Shown here: one piece after another, positions 38,771 to 49,398 of the stretch
How positions within the stretch are numbered: the stretch's first letter is position 1
How the letters are laid out: every line of letters begins with the position of its first letter
Source: Candidatus Bathyarchaeota archaeon
GTDB lineage: Archaea; Thermoproteota; Bathyarchaeia; Bathyarchaeales; Bathycorpusculaceae
Reading direction: 5' to 3'
Assembly: GCA_963707955.1 (NCBI GenBank)
Contig: OY970176.1
Coordinates: forward strand, 2,272,001 to 2,336,000
DNA: 64,000 nucleotides
Notes under the pieces: generated by a model
Seen by the model: the letters and a program-made list of their open reading frames with translations, nothing else
The model's database searches: none
What the model was told of the DNA's origin: nothing
Translations under genes and position numbers: made by a program

Positions 38771-38900
38771 TCCTGAACCCTTTTGGGTATGGGGACGGGC
38801 AGTTCTGAATCAGTTGGCCTAAGACAAAGAGAATGTTGGGTACAGGATATTTGAAGCAGTGGACTCGAACCCATTTGGGTTCTAATCCCAAGAAGCCCAT
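38771..38900 (+). mobile_element. ~115-bp element copy E (complete)
   Basis: GAACCCTTTTGGGTAT...core...GAACCCATTTGGGTTCTAATCCCAAGAAGCCCA. Confidence 0.8.
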
Positions 38901-39035
38901 TTCTTTTTGGCAATGGAACCGGTCCTGTCCACCAATCAACAAAATTAGCGCACGCTAATATCTACTCAGGTGACTTGAAAAAAGAATATAAAAACGGGGA
39001 GAAAACCAATCTTAGAATAGAGCTGTTGGCTTGAT

Positions 39036-39185
39036 CTAGTATCGGTCTCTTCTTGGGGGTGCTCTCTTAGCGTAACATTCTCGGCAGTATACTGGTCTGC
39101 TGCCATCAGGCTTGAATGGCACTTCACATTCCTTTTTGCATTCAGCGCAAACTGCCTTGTACATTTCTTTTCTCTCATATGTCAA
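39036..39185 (-). CDS. CxxC-x17-CxxC small zinc-finger protein
   Basis: CAECKKECEVPFKPDGSRPVYCREC. Confidence 0.9.
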   Translation of the reverse strand: MTYERKEMYKAVCAECKKECEVPFKPDGSRPVYCRECYAKRAPPRRDRY

Positions 39186-39554
39186 CTCTCTCAACTCCTT
39201 TACGGTTGCTGTGCAAAAATCACTTCTTACACGCTGCACCTACCCTTCACACCGACACTTATAAACAAATGCCTCATAAATCATAAAGCCTAGACTCATA
39301 GAGTCTGAATCAGAGAACAACAGACGCCCGCGCCCCATTGTTACGGAAAATCTTTACGTATCACCCGCCGCGCAGCGCGCGCGCAACTTTGCCATGCCCA
39401 GAAGCCTTCAGAACCGTAGTTCTCCGGTGTTCGTTGTGAATATACCCTGACCGTGAGAACTACCCGCACGCGACGGGCTGTGGTAAAGATTTATATTTGT
39501 GAGCACTTTTGCCTTATTCGGACTAGTAAAATTAACCTTGGATGGAGGGTTTGT

Positions 39555-41204
39555 ATGGCTTATTTGACAACAACTGCGACGGGCCAACCAGTTTTAATTC
39601 TTAAGGAAGGTACGACCCGAAGCAGAGGAAAAGAAGCTCAGAGAAACAACATGATGGCAGCTCGTGTGATTGGTGAAGTGTTGAAGACGACTTTGGGACC
39701 GCGCGGTATGGACAAGATGCTCGTTGACAGCTTGGGAGACATAACGATAACGAATGACGGTGCAGTAATACTGAACAAGATGGAAGTTGAACATCCAGCG
39801 GCGAAGATGATGGTGGAAATCGCAAAAACACAGGACGACATGGTGGGCGATGGGACAACAACCGTCGTGGTGCTTGCAGCCGAACTACTGAAAAAGGCTG
39901 AGGAGCTTCTAGAACAGAATATACACCCGACAATAATTGTAAGCGGCTACCGCAAAGCAGCGCAAAAGGCGGTTGACGTCATAAACAACATCGCAATCCA
40001 AGTGGACATCGAAGACCGTGCAACACTCAAGAAAGTCGCGGTGACCTCGATGGCGAGCAAAGCGGTCGGTGCAGCAAAGGAACATTTGGCAGACATCGCC
40101 ATTGACGCTGTGAGACAGATAGCCGAAACACGTGGAGACAAAATGCTAGCGGACATAGACAACATCCAAGTGATAAAGAAAACTGGTAAAAGCGTCTTCG
40201 AATCCCAACTCGTCAAAGGCCTTGTGATAGACAAGGAAGTTGTTCACCCTGGAATGCCCAAAAAAGTCGAAAAAGCAAAAATAGCCTTGCTCGACTGCGC
40301 TCTAGAAATCGAGAAAACGGAGATGAGCGCTGAAATACGGATACGTGACCCAAACCAGATGAAAGCGTTCTTTGATCAAGAAAACAAGATGTTACAGGGC
40401 ATGGTTGAGAAAATCAAAGCCTCGGGCGCAAACGTTGTTTTCTGCCAGAAAGGCATAGACGAGATGGCTCAACATTTTCTGGCAAAAGAGGGAATAATGG
40501 CTGCTAGAAGAGTGAAACAGTCAGACATGGAAAAGCTGACAAGAGCGACAGGTGGAAGAATAACCTCAAATCTGGCCGATCTAAGAGCGCAGGACTTGGG
40601 CGCGGCAGGCATCGTTGAAGAACGTAAGCTTGGCGAAGACAAAATGATCTTTGTCGAAAAATGCAAGGACCCACGCTCAGTTGCTATCATCATAAGAGCT
40701 GGACTCGAAAGAATGGTTGACGAGGCGGAAAGAGCGATGACTGACGCCTTGTCGGTTGTTTCCGACGTGATAGAGACTAACAAGATAGTTGCAGGCGGCG
40801 GTGCAGTAGAAGTCGAAGTGGCCAAAGAATTGCGAAACTACGCTACAAGCGTGGGCGGAAGAGAACAACTTGCAATAGAAATGTTTGCCGACGCCGTTGA
40901 GGTAATACCTAAAACCTTGGCTGAAAACGCGGGACTGGAGCCCATTGACATAATCGTGGAATTGAGAGGCGCACATGGGAAACCAGAGGGTCAATACAAG
41001 GGCGTGAACGTTTTCACAGGAAAGGTTGAAGACATGTGCAAAGAAGGCGTCGTCGAACCAATAATCGTGAAAGAACAAGCAATGAAGTCAGCCACAGAAT
41101 CCGCAGCAATGATACTCCGCATAGACGACGTGATAGCCTCAACCAAACCCAAAGAAGGACCGGGAGCAGGCAAACCACCTGGCGGCGCAGAAAGCGAAGA
41201 TTAG
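39555..41204 (+). CDS. thsB: thermosome (group II chaperonin) subunit; alpha/beta assignment uncertain
   Basis: [32 protein letters not shown]; GGAGG RBS and TTTATA box. Confidence 0.95.
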   Translation: MAYLTTTATGQPVLILKEGTTRSRGKEAQRNNMMAARVIGEVLKTTLGPRGMDKMLVDSLGDITITNDGAVILNKMEVEHPAAKMMVEIAKTQDDMVGDGTTTVVVLAAELLKKAEELLEQNIHPTIIVSGYRKAAQKAVDVINNIAIQVDIEDRATLKKVAVTSMASKAVGAAKEHLADIAIDAVRQIAETRGDKMLADIDNIQVIKKTGKSVFESQLVKGLVIDKEVVHPGMPKKVEKAKIALLDCALEIEKTEMSAEIRIRDPNQMKAFFDQENKMLQGMVEKIKASGANVVFCQKGIDEMAQHFLAKEGIMAARRVKQSDMEKLTRATGGRITSNLADLRAQDLGAAGIVEERKLGEDKMIFVEKCKDPRSVAIIIRAGLERMVDEAERAMTDALSVVSDVIETNKIVAGGGAVEVEVAKELRNYATSVGGREQLAIEMFADAVEVIPKTLAENAGLEPIDIIVELRGAHGKPEGQYKGVNVFTGKVEDMCKEGVVEPIIVKEQAMKSATESAAMILRIDDVIASTKPKEGPGAGKPPGGAESED

Positions 41205-41614
41205 AAAGGTTTCCCCGTTCTTCTTTTTCCAACTCTATTTTTGCATACCAAGAACTCAGTGTGATTGCATAGCGATTTAGTGCGCGCTACTAAGCACTTG
41301 CTTTTATTTCTCCTTTGAAAACTCGGTAGCACCTTTCTGAGCAGAAGCCTTGAAAATCATTGTCTGACATGAATATTTTTCCACAAGTTTTGCACTTCTG
41401 CTTAGTCCTTTCCTGCATTCACTTCCTCCCCGTTCATGTTCAATTGAACAGGGTTAAGTTCAGGAGAACATGATACGGAAGGACTTTACGCCGACCGAGA
41501 TTGTAACAACTACAGCAAACATCCGCATTAGAAAAGCAAGGAGGTGGAAAAGAATGATTGATGAAGACGAAGATTCTGAAGATAAAGACGAAGAGCGCGT
41601 GCGAGGTAGCTGAA

Positions 41615-41650
41615 TAAGCCTGATTAGTCTGTTAAGCCTGGTAAGCCTCA
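41615..41650 (+). repeat. 4 x 9-bp tandem repeat (TAAGCCTGN)
   Basis: taagcctga ttagtctgt taagcctgg taagcctca. Confidence 0.6.
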
Positions 41651-41748
41651 CTCGCGCATGCACGCGCACACGAGCACAGCGTTTTGCGATTGATCGTGAT
41701 AAACAACACTTTTAAGTTATTTGATGCTAATTAAGAAAGCAATTCTGA

Positions 41749-42264
41749 GTGGTTGAAACCATGAAAATGAGAATGATAAAACTACGCCCTGAATTCCTCA
41801 TAGAAAAACTACAAGGAAAAGTATCATCTTTCACTTCCAACCTGCCAGACGATATAGAACTTTTAGATATTAAGTACGACTTGTTTTCCAAGCAAGTATC
41901 GGCAATCATAAGAAGCGACAGTTTTGAAGACGTTGCAGAATCCTATCTAATTCCCGAATTCAATATAATCTACACGACAAACCCCAAAGCCGAATCTCAG
42001 CCCACAACAAACTCCAAACCTGAATCTAAGCCCACAGAGAAAACGCCGGTTCAGCCAAGTCAAGACACAAGCGCAGTAGAAAAAGAATTCAGCCCAGAGC
42101 AGCGCAAGTTGTTAAGTTTCACAGCAGACGGAGAATACGTCATAATAAAGCCAAATCAATACTTGAAGAATGAGTGGGATGAAATTAACGATACTGTGAG
42201 AAGTTTAGGTGGTAAATGGACGAAAGGCGACAGCTTCAGCCATTGGGCAATTCGACGAACCTAG
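41749..42264 (+). CDS. hypothetical two-domain protein
   Basis: 171 aa with P/S/T linker; C-terminal INDTVRSLGGKW..HWAI. Confidence 0.75.
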   Translation: MVETMKMRMIKLRPEFLIEKLQGKVSSFTSNLPDDIELLDIKYDLFSKQVSAIIRSDSFEDVAESYLIPEFNIIYTTNPKAESQPTTNSKPESKPTEKTPVQPSQDTSAVEKEFSPEQRKLLSFTADGEYVIIKPNQYLKNEWDEINDTVRSLGGKWTKGDSFSHWAIRRT

Positions 42265-42717
42265 CGAGCATAAAGCAAAGTACCCAAAGACTAGTTTCTT
42301 TAGCTAGCTGGCTAACTAGCTTTTTTCACCATTCATAGAACTTGCAAGCATATCCTTTTACTTCCCAAACCCAAACGCAACTATTTGTTACCTTTAGAAT
42401 GTTTTGCAAGAAGCGAAACCTGCTTTTTCTCTTTTCTTTTCAGTTCTTTCTCTCGCCGTAATTTTTTATGCTGCTCTAAACCTGCAGCTTTCGTTTCTCT
42501 TCTTGACAAAACTCATCAACTTTAGCAGGCAGTAGAAACATTTAGCATTTCAAAGCGTTGTCCTTTTGTCTACAACTGAAGGGCGTATACTCGATTCGCG
42601 CGCGCTAAGGTTAAGAAGGCTTGAAAAGACGCTACATTAACCTGGCCCGCTTTCATTTTGTATGGCATCCAACGCTTCCGACAAGCGACATACTCATCTA
42701 ACCCAACTCTGATAGGG

Positions 42718-42847
42718 TCTTGAACCCATTTGGGTTCGGGGACGGGCAGCTCTGAACCAGTTGGCCTAAGACAAAGAGAATGCTGGTCACAGGATATTTA
42801 AAGCAGTGGACTCGAACCCATTTGGGTCTAAGTCCGAGCGGGCCCCC
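42718..42847 (+). mobile_element. ~115-bp element copy F (complete)
   Basis: GAACCCATTTGGGTTC...core...GAACCCATTTGGGTCTAAGTCCGAGCGGGCCC. Confidence 0.8.
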
Positions 42848-42969
42848 GTTGAGCGTTGATTGGCACGTTCACAAGTCCACGCACGTTTTTGTAAGGGTGG
42901 AAGGGCAATTGTTCGTGTCTGGGTTATTGGTTTTTTTTGGGGATTCTGGAATTCTGCGCTGTTCAAGCG

Positions 42970-43553
42970 TCAACCCTGTTCATCGGTCTTGAGTTTTTTT
43001 CGCATTTGACATATCTTCTCCAGCATTTTCTCCGCCTGTTCCGGGTCCATTTCATGATTCGCAACTTGCTTTTCGATCTCTCCCATTCTTTCTGAGAATG
43101 CGGTTGCTGCGGACTCTGCGGGCGGCTTTTCCTTTGGTGCTGGCTCTTCTTTCACGATTATTTTTCTTTTCCCCGCTTTCTTGTCGGCCTGTTTGTGGGG
43201 CCTCATCATGAGGGCTTCCTCTATACTTCTGCGCAGCTGCGGGTCCGCAACGTCCATCAACGCGTGCAAAAGCATCGTTTCCACAGGGGTCTCATTACCA
43301 TCTGAAACGGGGACCCACTGCTTTCCATTTTTGTACCAGTTGAGAGCACGCGAGCGTAAGCTTCTAACCCTTGAACCTTTGCCTTTGCCATGCCCTGCAT
43401 CATGTTCAAAACCGATAACGCCGAACCGGTCCGCAGGATAAGCCTAAGAAACTCCTCTAACGGCTCAGATGGCCGCAGCTTCTCGCGGCCGCAAAGACCC
43501 CTGTAGGCACCCCACACTTGAGCATCGACCCAAAAACCTGTCTGCTTCTTCAA
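42970..43553 (-). pseudogene. hypothetical protein with N-terminal RHH-like region, frameshifted near 43343
   Basis: Two overlapping ORFs join as ...YARVL/NWYKNGKQW...ETMLLHAL with one base missing. Confidence 0.6.
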
Positions 43554-43649
43554 CGCTCGTTACCACACAACATTACAACTGACGTTACTTAAAAAAAGGG
43601 CGGGTCAACCGCGAAACAGCACGCCTACACAAATCCTCAAAGAAGCACG

Positions 43650-46157
43650 TTACTGCTTCTGCTCCTTCCTCTTCAGCATGTTCTCCAAGATCGGCCGCAT
43701 CTTCGCGTTCTCCGCCTTAATCTTTTCCTTGCCTAACGTATTCATCTGTGCGGCTATCTCCTTAACCACCTCGGCGAACTTGATGCCTTCAGCTGCCGAC
43801 ACGTATTCTACACGTAACCGTTCAGGACTCATGCCAAGTTTCTGCAGCATAGGCGCCAAAGCATCCATCCTGGCTTTCATCTTGTAGTTTCCACTGATGT
43901 AGTGACAGTCGTAGGGAAGGTGGCAGGCGCCCACCATAACCATGCCTGCACCAAGCCTGAAAGCTTCAAGCACAAAGTCACGGTCAACCCTGCCTGAACA
44001 CATCACCCTGATCGGCCTAATAACAGGCGGATACTCAAACCTGCTTGTGCCAGCCAAGTCAGCGCCAGCGTAACTGCACCAGTTACACAGAAACGCCAAT
44101 ATCTTGCCTTCAGGATCCGTCTCCAGCGCAGCCCTTATCTGAGACACTATTTGCACGTCTGTAAAATGCTTCTGCGTAATCGCGTCTGTCGGACACTCGG
44201 CAACACACGTGCCGCAGCCGTGACACATCGCACTCATCGTCTCTGCAACCTGACCTTCAAGCGCCCTGATAGCGCCGTACGGACAAGCCTTGGCACAGAG
44301 GCCACACTTCACTTTAGTGTTCCGACACTTAGTCGGGTCAACCACGGCTACTATTGGCTGAATCTTGTACGTCGGCTTAGAAAGAACCGTCGCTGCCCTA
44401 GCAGCTGTTCCCATGCCTTGAGAAACACTGTAAGGAACATCTTTCGGCCCCTGGCATCCCCCTGCGACGAAAACCCCGTCTGACGGCGTGTCTATAGGCT
44501 TCAGCTTCGGATGGCTCTCCATGAAAAACCCGTCGCTTCCCCGGCTGATGTTGAAGACCCTCGCAACCTCTTCCGACCCCTGGCTCGGCACCGCGGCTGT
44601 TGCCAACACGACCAACTCGGTTTCAACTTCGACGGGTTCGCCGTTCTCTTTCTCAGCATGCACCACAAGCTTCTTTGTTTCCGGGTCTTCACTCACGTTT
44701 CTGTTCGTCAGGCTGACACGGATGAAGTTTATGCCCAGCTGTTGACCCTTTCTGAACAGCTCCTCATACCCTTTCCTGTTTGCGCGCATGTCAGTGTATA
44801 ACACGTTGATTTCAAGTTTGTCACTGTACTTCTCCTTAAGGAAAACGGCGCTTTTGAGCGTGAGCATGCAGCAGAAGCCGGAACAGTACTCAAACTTGTT
44901 TACGTCCCTCGAACCGACGCATTGTATGTACGTCAGGCTTTTAGGCATTTTACCGTCTGAAGGTTTGCGAAGGTCTCCGAGAATTTGCGTGTCAGTGTCT
45001 ATGATTCTTTCAAGCTGCAGGGCCGTGATCACATCTTTGTGTTTTCCAAAGCTGTAGTTTGGCAGGTCGTACGGCTCGTAGATGTCGTAGCCCGTTGCTA
45101 CAACCATGCAGCCGACCTCAAGCTTTTCCTCTACAGGTTTCTGCTCAAAATCCACAGCATCCACAGGACAGATCTCTTGGCATTTCCTGCAGCTTCCGTC
45201 TTTGAAGTAAAGACAAGTCTCTCTGTCAATCGTGTAAGTGTTAGGCGTCGCGTTTGCGAACGGCAAGTAAATGGCCTTGCGTTTCCTCATGCCCGCGTCG
45301 AACTTGTTCAGTGATTCAACCGGACAGACCTCAGAGCACTTGCCGCAGCTTATGCACTTGTTTTCGTCGACGAAGCGCGGTTTTCTCACAACGCTGGCCT
45401 TGTAGCTTCCTATGACACCTTCAACGTGCTTCACGTCGCTGTAAGCAAGAAGTTTGATCTTCGGATTGACGGCCGCAGCGCCTATTCTCGTGGCAACGCA
45501 CGAGAACCTAGGACAGTGAATCTGCTGTGGACAGTTTGAACATTCAAAGACAGGGAAGGTTTTGCCGAGCTGCGCCATGTGGCCGCCCATTATTTCGGCC
45601 CGGTCAACTAGGTACACGTGGTAACCCATCTCTGCAAGGTCGACGGCGGCGCTTGCGCCTGCAACGCCTGCACCCACGACGAGCGCTCTGTTAGTGACTG
45701 GCACCTCGATCACGTCTAGCGGTTCAAGAAGTCTCACTTTCGCAACGGCCATCTTCACAAGCTCTTTTGCCTTTTCAGTTGCCTCCTTAGGCGTTCCCTG
45801 ATGACACCAGGACGAAAACTCGCGGATGTTTGCCATCTCATACAGGAAGGGGTTCAGCCCAGCCTCCGATACAGTTCTCCGAAAGGTTGGCTCATGCATT
45901 CTGGGTGAACATGCGGCAACCACAACACGATTCAGCTTATGCTCTCTTATACCCTTTCGTATTTCCTCTTGACCCGGGTCGGCACACGTGTAACGATTTG
46001 TCTTAACATAGACCACGTTGGGCAGCTTGCGAGCGTACTCTGCCACATCCTCAACGTCCACCGTGCCAGCAATGTTGAGACCGCAGTAGCACACGAAAAC
46101 GCCGATGCGTGGTTCCTCAACTTTCGCCGAGGACTTCAGGGCCGACTGTTCACTCAC
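43650..46157 (-). CDS. hdrA: heterodisulfide reductase subunit A fused to MvhD
   Basis: IGVFVCYCG, AACSPRMHE, GAGVAG, QCVGSRD..CSGFCC, ferredoxin motifs, C-terminal FLCNWCSYAGAD..RVMCSGR. Confidence 0.95.
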   Translation of the reverse strand: MSEQSALKSSAKVEEPRIGVFVCYCGLNIAGTVDVEDVAEYARKLPNVVYVKTNRYTCADPGQEEIRKGIREHKLNRVVVAACSPRMHEPTFRRTVSEAGLNPFLYEMANIREFSSWCHQGTPKEATEKAKELVKMAVAKVRLLEPLDVIEVPVTNRALVVGAGVAGASAAVDLAEMGYHVYLVDRAEIMGGHMAQLGKTFPVFECSNCPQQIHCPRFSCVATRIGAAAVNPKIKLLAYSDVKHVEGVIGSYKASVVRKPRFVDENKCISCGKCSEVCPVESLNKFDAGMRKRKAIYLPFANATPNTYTIDRETCLYFKDGSCRKCQEICPVDAVDFEQKPVEEKLEVGCMVVATGYDIYEPYDLPNYSFGKHKDVITALQLERIIDTDTQILGDLRKPSDGKMPKSLTYIQCVGSRDVNKFEYCSGFCCMLTLKSAVFLKEKYSDKLEINVLYTDMRANRKGYEELFRKGQQLGINFIRVSLTNRNVSEDPETKKLVVHAEKENGEPVEVETELVVLATAAVPSQGSEEVARVFNISRGSDGFFMESHPKLKPIDTPSDGVFVAGGCQGPKDVPYSVSQGMGTAARAATVLSKPTYKIQPIVAVVDPTKCRNTKVKCGLCAKACPYGAIRALEGQVAETMSAMCHGCGTCVAECPTDAITQKHFTDVQIVSQIRAALETDPEGKILAFLCNWCSYAGADLAGTSRFEYPPVIRPIRVMCSGRVDRDFVLEAFRLGAGMVMVGACHLPYDCHYISGNYKMKARMDALAPMLQKLGMSPERLRVEYVSAAEGIKFAEVVKEIAAQMNTLGKEKIKAENAKMRPILENMLKRKEQKQ

Positions 46158-48210
46158 GCTTTTTCACCTTTTTTTCCATGACTGCCTGAATCTGGGTCAC
46201 GATCTGGTTGTCCGAATAGTTCGGCATCGTTATCGCGTCCATCGGGCAAGCGGAACTGCAGATGCCGCAGCCTCGGCACAAGCCTTCGACGACTTTTGCG
46301 ACGGGTTTTTCGTCGCCTTTCTCAACGTTGATGGCGCGGTAACTGCAGGCTGATTCGCATATTCTGCAGCCGCTGCAAAGTTCCTCGTTGACTTTTGCAA
46401 CGAGCGGCTCAACTGTCCATGACTCTTTGCTGAGAACAGATGCAGCTTGAGCTGCCGCGGCACTTCCTTGGGCTACGCTGTAGGGAATATCCTTCAGGCC
46501 TTGACATGCGCCTGCCAAGAATATTCCAGGCACTTCAGTGTCGGTTGGCCTGATCTTGGGTTGACATTCCATGAAGAACCCGTCTTTTCCAAGGGGGATG
46601 TTCAGAATTCTTGCCAACTCGGGCCCCGTCTCGGCTGGAACAGCCGCGTTTGCTAAGATAACCATGTCCGCCTCCGCTGAGACAGGCTTGCCCTCCTCTG
46701 TTTCCCCGTAAACTGTCAAGCTCTTGGTCTGCGCGTCCTCGGTTATCCGCCGGTTTTCAAGCTTGACCCTCAGGAATTTGACTCCGGATTTTTGGGCTCT
46801 GTTGAAGAATTCCTCGTAGCCTTTGAAGTTGCTTCTCATGTCGTTGTAAAAAACGTAGACTTCGATGGCGTCCCTGTACTTCTCTTTAAGCATAACCGCA
46901 TGTTTGAGGGTGTACATGCAGCAGAAGCTCGAGCAGTATTCGTATCTGTTGATATCGCGCGATCCGACGCACTGGATGAACGCTACAGAATGTGGTTTTT
47001 GCCCATCTGAGGCCCGGACGACTTTGCCGCCAGTCGGTCCTGCGGCGAGTATAAGCCTTTCAAACTCCAGCGCTGTGAAAACGTTGGAGAACTTGCTGTA
47101 GCCGGTCCACTCTAGGTCTTTGGGGTTGTACATTCCGTAGCCAATCGTGACGACTATGGCTCCAACGTTGAGCTCAATCTCTTCGGGCTTCTGGTCAAAG
47201 TTTATCGCTTGACGGGCTCCACAAGCGTCAACGCACTTGTAGCATTCGATGCAGTAGTCGCGGTTGATCGTGTGCGTGAGCGGAACAGCTTGACCGAACG
47301 GAATCGATATCGCCTTTCTCACGCCAAGATACATGTCTGCATAGTTTGGATATTCTATCGGACACGCGTCTCTGCACTCGCCGCAACCGGTGCAGTTTGC
47401 GGCTATGACGTAACGGGGGTTCTTACGGACTTTCACCTTGAAGTTGCCAGCGTACCCGTCGACTTTCAAGACGTCAGCGTAAGAGATTATTTCAATGTTA
47501 GGATGCCTGCCGACGTCAACCATTTTGGGCCCTTCGATGCATATGCTGCAGTCAAGAGTTGGGAACGTCTTGTCCAGCAGCGCCATGTAGCCTCCTATGG
47601 TTTCGGTTTTTTCAACCATGTAAACTTTGAAACCCATGTCGGCCAAGTCTAGGGCAGCGTTGATTCCGGCGATTCCACCGCCGATGACCATAACCCTCTT
47701 CGTCATCGGCAGCTGTATCGGTTTTAACGGTTCCAGAAGTCTTGCTTTGGCAACGGCCATTCTGACCGTGTCTTTCGCTTTTTCCGTTGCCTCTCCAGGT
47801 GTAGTCCGGTGACAGTAGGATGCGAATTCTCGGATGTTTGCCATCTCAAAAAGCCATGGATTGAGCTCTGCTTGAGACACGCAGCTTTGAAAGGTCGGTT
47901 CATACAGCCTCGGTGAGCAGCCAGCCACGACTACGCGGTTGAGCTTCTTGGCCCTTATCGCTGTGATTATCGCGTCCTGACCCTGGTGGCTACAGGGATA
48001 GTTCATGTTCTCCGCATAAGCCACGTTCCGCAGAGTCTTGGCATATCTTGTTAGAGCATCGACATCTATCACTGAAGCTATGTTTGAACCGCATTGGCAG
48101 ACGAAGACTCCTATCCGAGGCTTTTCAGCTTTTGCCTTGGGCTTCGTCTGTCTCAGCTTTCTTTCTTTCTCAGGGGTTTCAGCTTTCTTAGGGGCAGTTC
48201 TTCTAGGCAC
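46150..48210 (-). CDS. hdrA: heterodisulfide reductase subunit A family protein
   Basis: GGGIAG, KTFPTLDCSIC, QCVGSRD..CSSFCC, ferredoxin motifs. Confidence 0.95.
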   Translation of the reverse strand: MPRRTAPKKAETPEKERKLRQTKPKAKAEKPRIGVFVCQCGSNIASVIDVDALTRYAKTLRNVAYAENMNYPCSHQGQDAIITAIRAKKLNRVVVAGCSPRLYEPTFQSCVSQAELNPWLFEMANIREFASYCHRTTPGEATEKAKDTVRMAVAKARLLEPLKPIQLPMTKRVMVIGGGIAGINAALDLADMGFKVYMVEKTETIGGYMALLDKTFPTLDCSICIEGPKMVDVGRHPNIEIISYADVLKVDGYAGNFKVKVRKNPRYVIAANCTGCGECRDACPIEYPNYADMYLGVRKAISIPFGQAVPLTHTINRDYCIECYKCVDACGARQAINFDQKPEEIELNVGAIVVTIGYGMYNPKDLEWTGYSKFSNVFTALEFERLILAAGPTGGKVVRASDGQKPHSVAFIQCVGSRDINRYEYCSSFCCMYTLKHAVMLKEKYRDAIEVYVFYNDMRSNFKGYEEFFNRAQKSGVKFLRVKLENRRITEDAQTKSLTVYGETEEGKPVSAEADMVILANAAVPAETGPELARILNIPLGKDGFFMECQPKIRPTDTEVPGIFLAGACQGLKDIPYSVAQGSAAAAQAASVLSKESWTVEPLVAKVNEELCSGCRICESACSYRAINVEKGDEKPVAKVVEGLCRGCGICSSACPMDAITMPNYSDNQIVTQIQAVMEKKVKKRE

Positions 48211-49147
48211 ATTTCTCCCCCTTCAATCCTATCCTCTTCTTCACAGATTCTCGCGCTTTCAGAGAACCCTTGGTCTTCAATTCCTTGCTCATCTCTGTCG
48301 ATGAAGTGAGGCGTTCCAGAGCCTTGTTCCAAGCGCCTGAGCGGACAGGCGTATGGTTGATGTGGGTCCTTTTGAGGTAAAGAGCATCGTCCACCGGACA
48401 AGCGACTTTGCAGGCCCCACAGTAGATGCAGAACATCTCGTTCACGTGCACCTTCTTGTCGTTTTCTGAAAGGTAGAGCGCTTGGGTGATTGGGCAAACA
48501 TCCATGCAGGCCGTGCATCCGTCTGGGCACTTCTCAGCGTTGATCGAGAGCCTTCCGGAGAGGAACTTGCGCACATGAATTGCCCCATCAGGAAGTTTAA
48601 CTTCGCATATTCCGCAGCACGGGCAATGCTCCTTTTCAATTTCGACGTTGACGCTAAGCCGTCGTCTCTCAGGCTCGCTTAAAGAAGAAAGATCTTCAAC
48701 TGTTTTTCCATCCGCAGTCAAGAAGGAGACTTTTATAAGTTTTAGCGGACAGACGTCTTCATTCTTCTCTCGGTCCAACGGAAACTTGTTTGCATCAACC
48801 TTAATGTCGCGTACGAGCTGGGGAAAACTTTGCCTTTCAAGAACGGAGAGTAAATGCTTTCCGTCTACAGTAACGTTAATCGCACCGTATGGACAGGATA
48901 TGTCACATATCCCGCAGAAGTTACACTTGGCCAAGTCGATGTCTACCCTAGCTTTCCGCGCCTTTTCCCCCTGAAACTTCGGATGTCCTTCAAGTCTAAT
49001 AGCCTCTTTTGGACAAGCTAAGGTGCAAATCTGACAGCCCACACACCTGCTCTTATCAAGGGTGAGCTTGTAATTCTTCACGTGCAAAACCCATTCTAAC
49101 GTTAGTGATTCTGGCGTTTCTTCCTTGAGCGCTTTCAACGGCATCAA
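48203..49147 (-). CDS. polyferredoxin (multiple 4Fe-4S; FwdF/MvhB-like)
   Basis: Several CxxCxxCxxxCP motifs; overlaps the hdrA start. Confidence 0.85.
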   Translation of the reverse strand: MMPLKALKEETPESLTLEWVLHVKNYKLTLDKSRCVGCQICTLACPKEAIRLEGHPKFQGEKARKARVDIDLAKCNFCGICDISCPYGAINVTVDGKHLLSVLERQSFPQLVRDIKVDANKFPLDREKNEDVCPLKLIKVSFLTADGKTVEDLSSLSEPERRRLSVNVEIEKEHCPCCGICEVKLPDGAIHVRKFLSGRLSINAEKCPDGCTACMDVCPITQALYLSENDKKVHVNEMFCIYCGACKVACPVDDALYLKRTHINHTPVRSGAWNKALERLTSSTEMSKELKTKGSLKARESVKKRIGLKGEKCA

Positions 49148-49398
49148 AGGTCACATCCTTCAACGTCTCTGCAACACGAAACGAAGCATAATGCTGCAGG
49201 TCTGGAGTTGGCGTGTGACATGGATGAATTGTCCTTCTTCTTGGAAAGCTTTCAGAGTCTGAATTGTTAATATAAACGTTGCTCGCTGTCTGACATAAAA
49301 CGTACATGTGGCTTGTGGGGAAACTTTTCCCATAGCGTGCGACAGTGATATTAAGGGATGTCTCTCTAAAGCGGGTAAAGATCGTTGAGGTGCGAGTT

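Noticed and set aside
38682-38942. Protein-coding role for the ~115-bp element (ORFs 32273-32473, 38682-38942, 42780-42992)
   Set aside because: Frames are broken in other copies and starts derive from tRNA-like tails; treated as non-coding.
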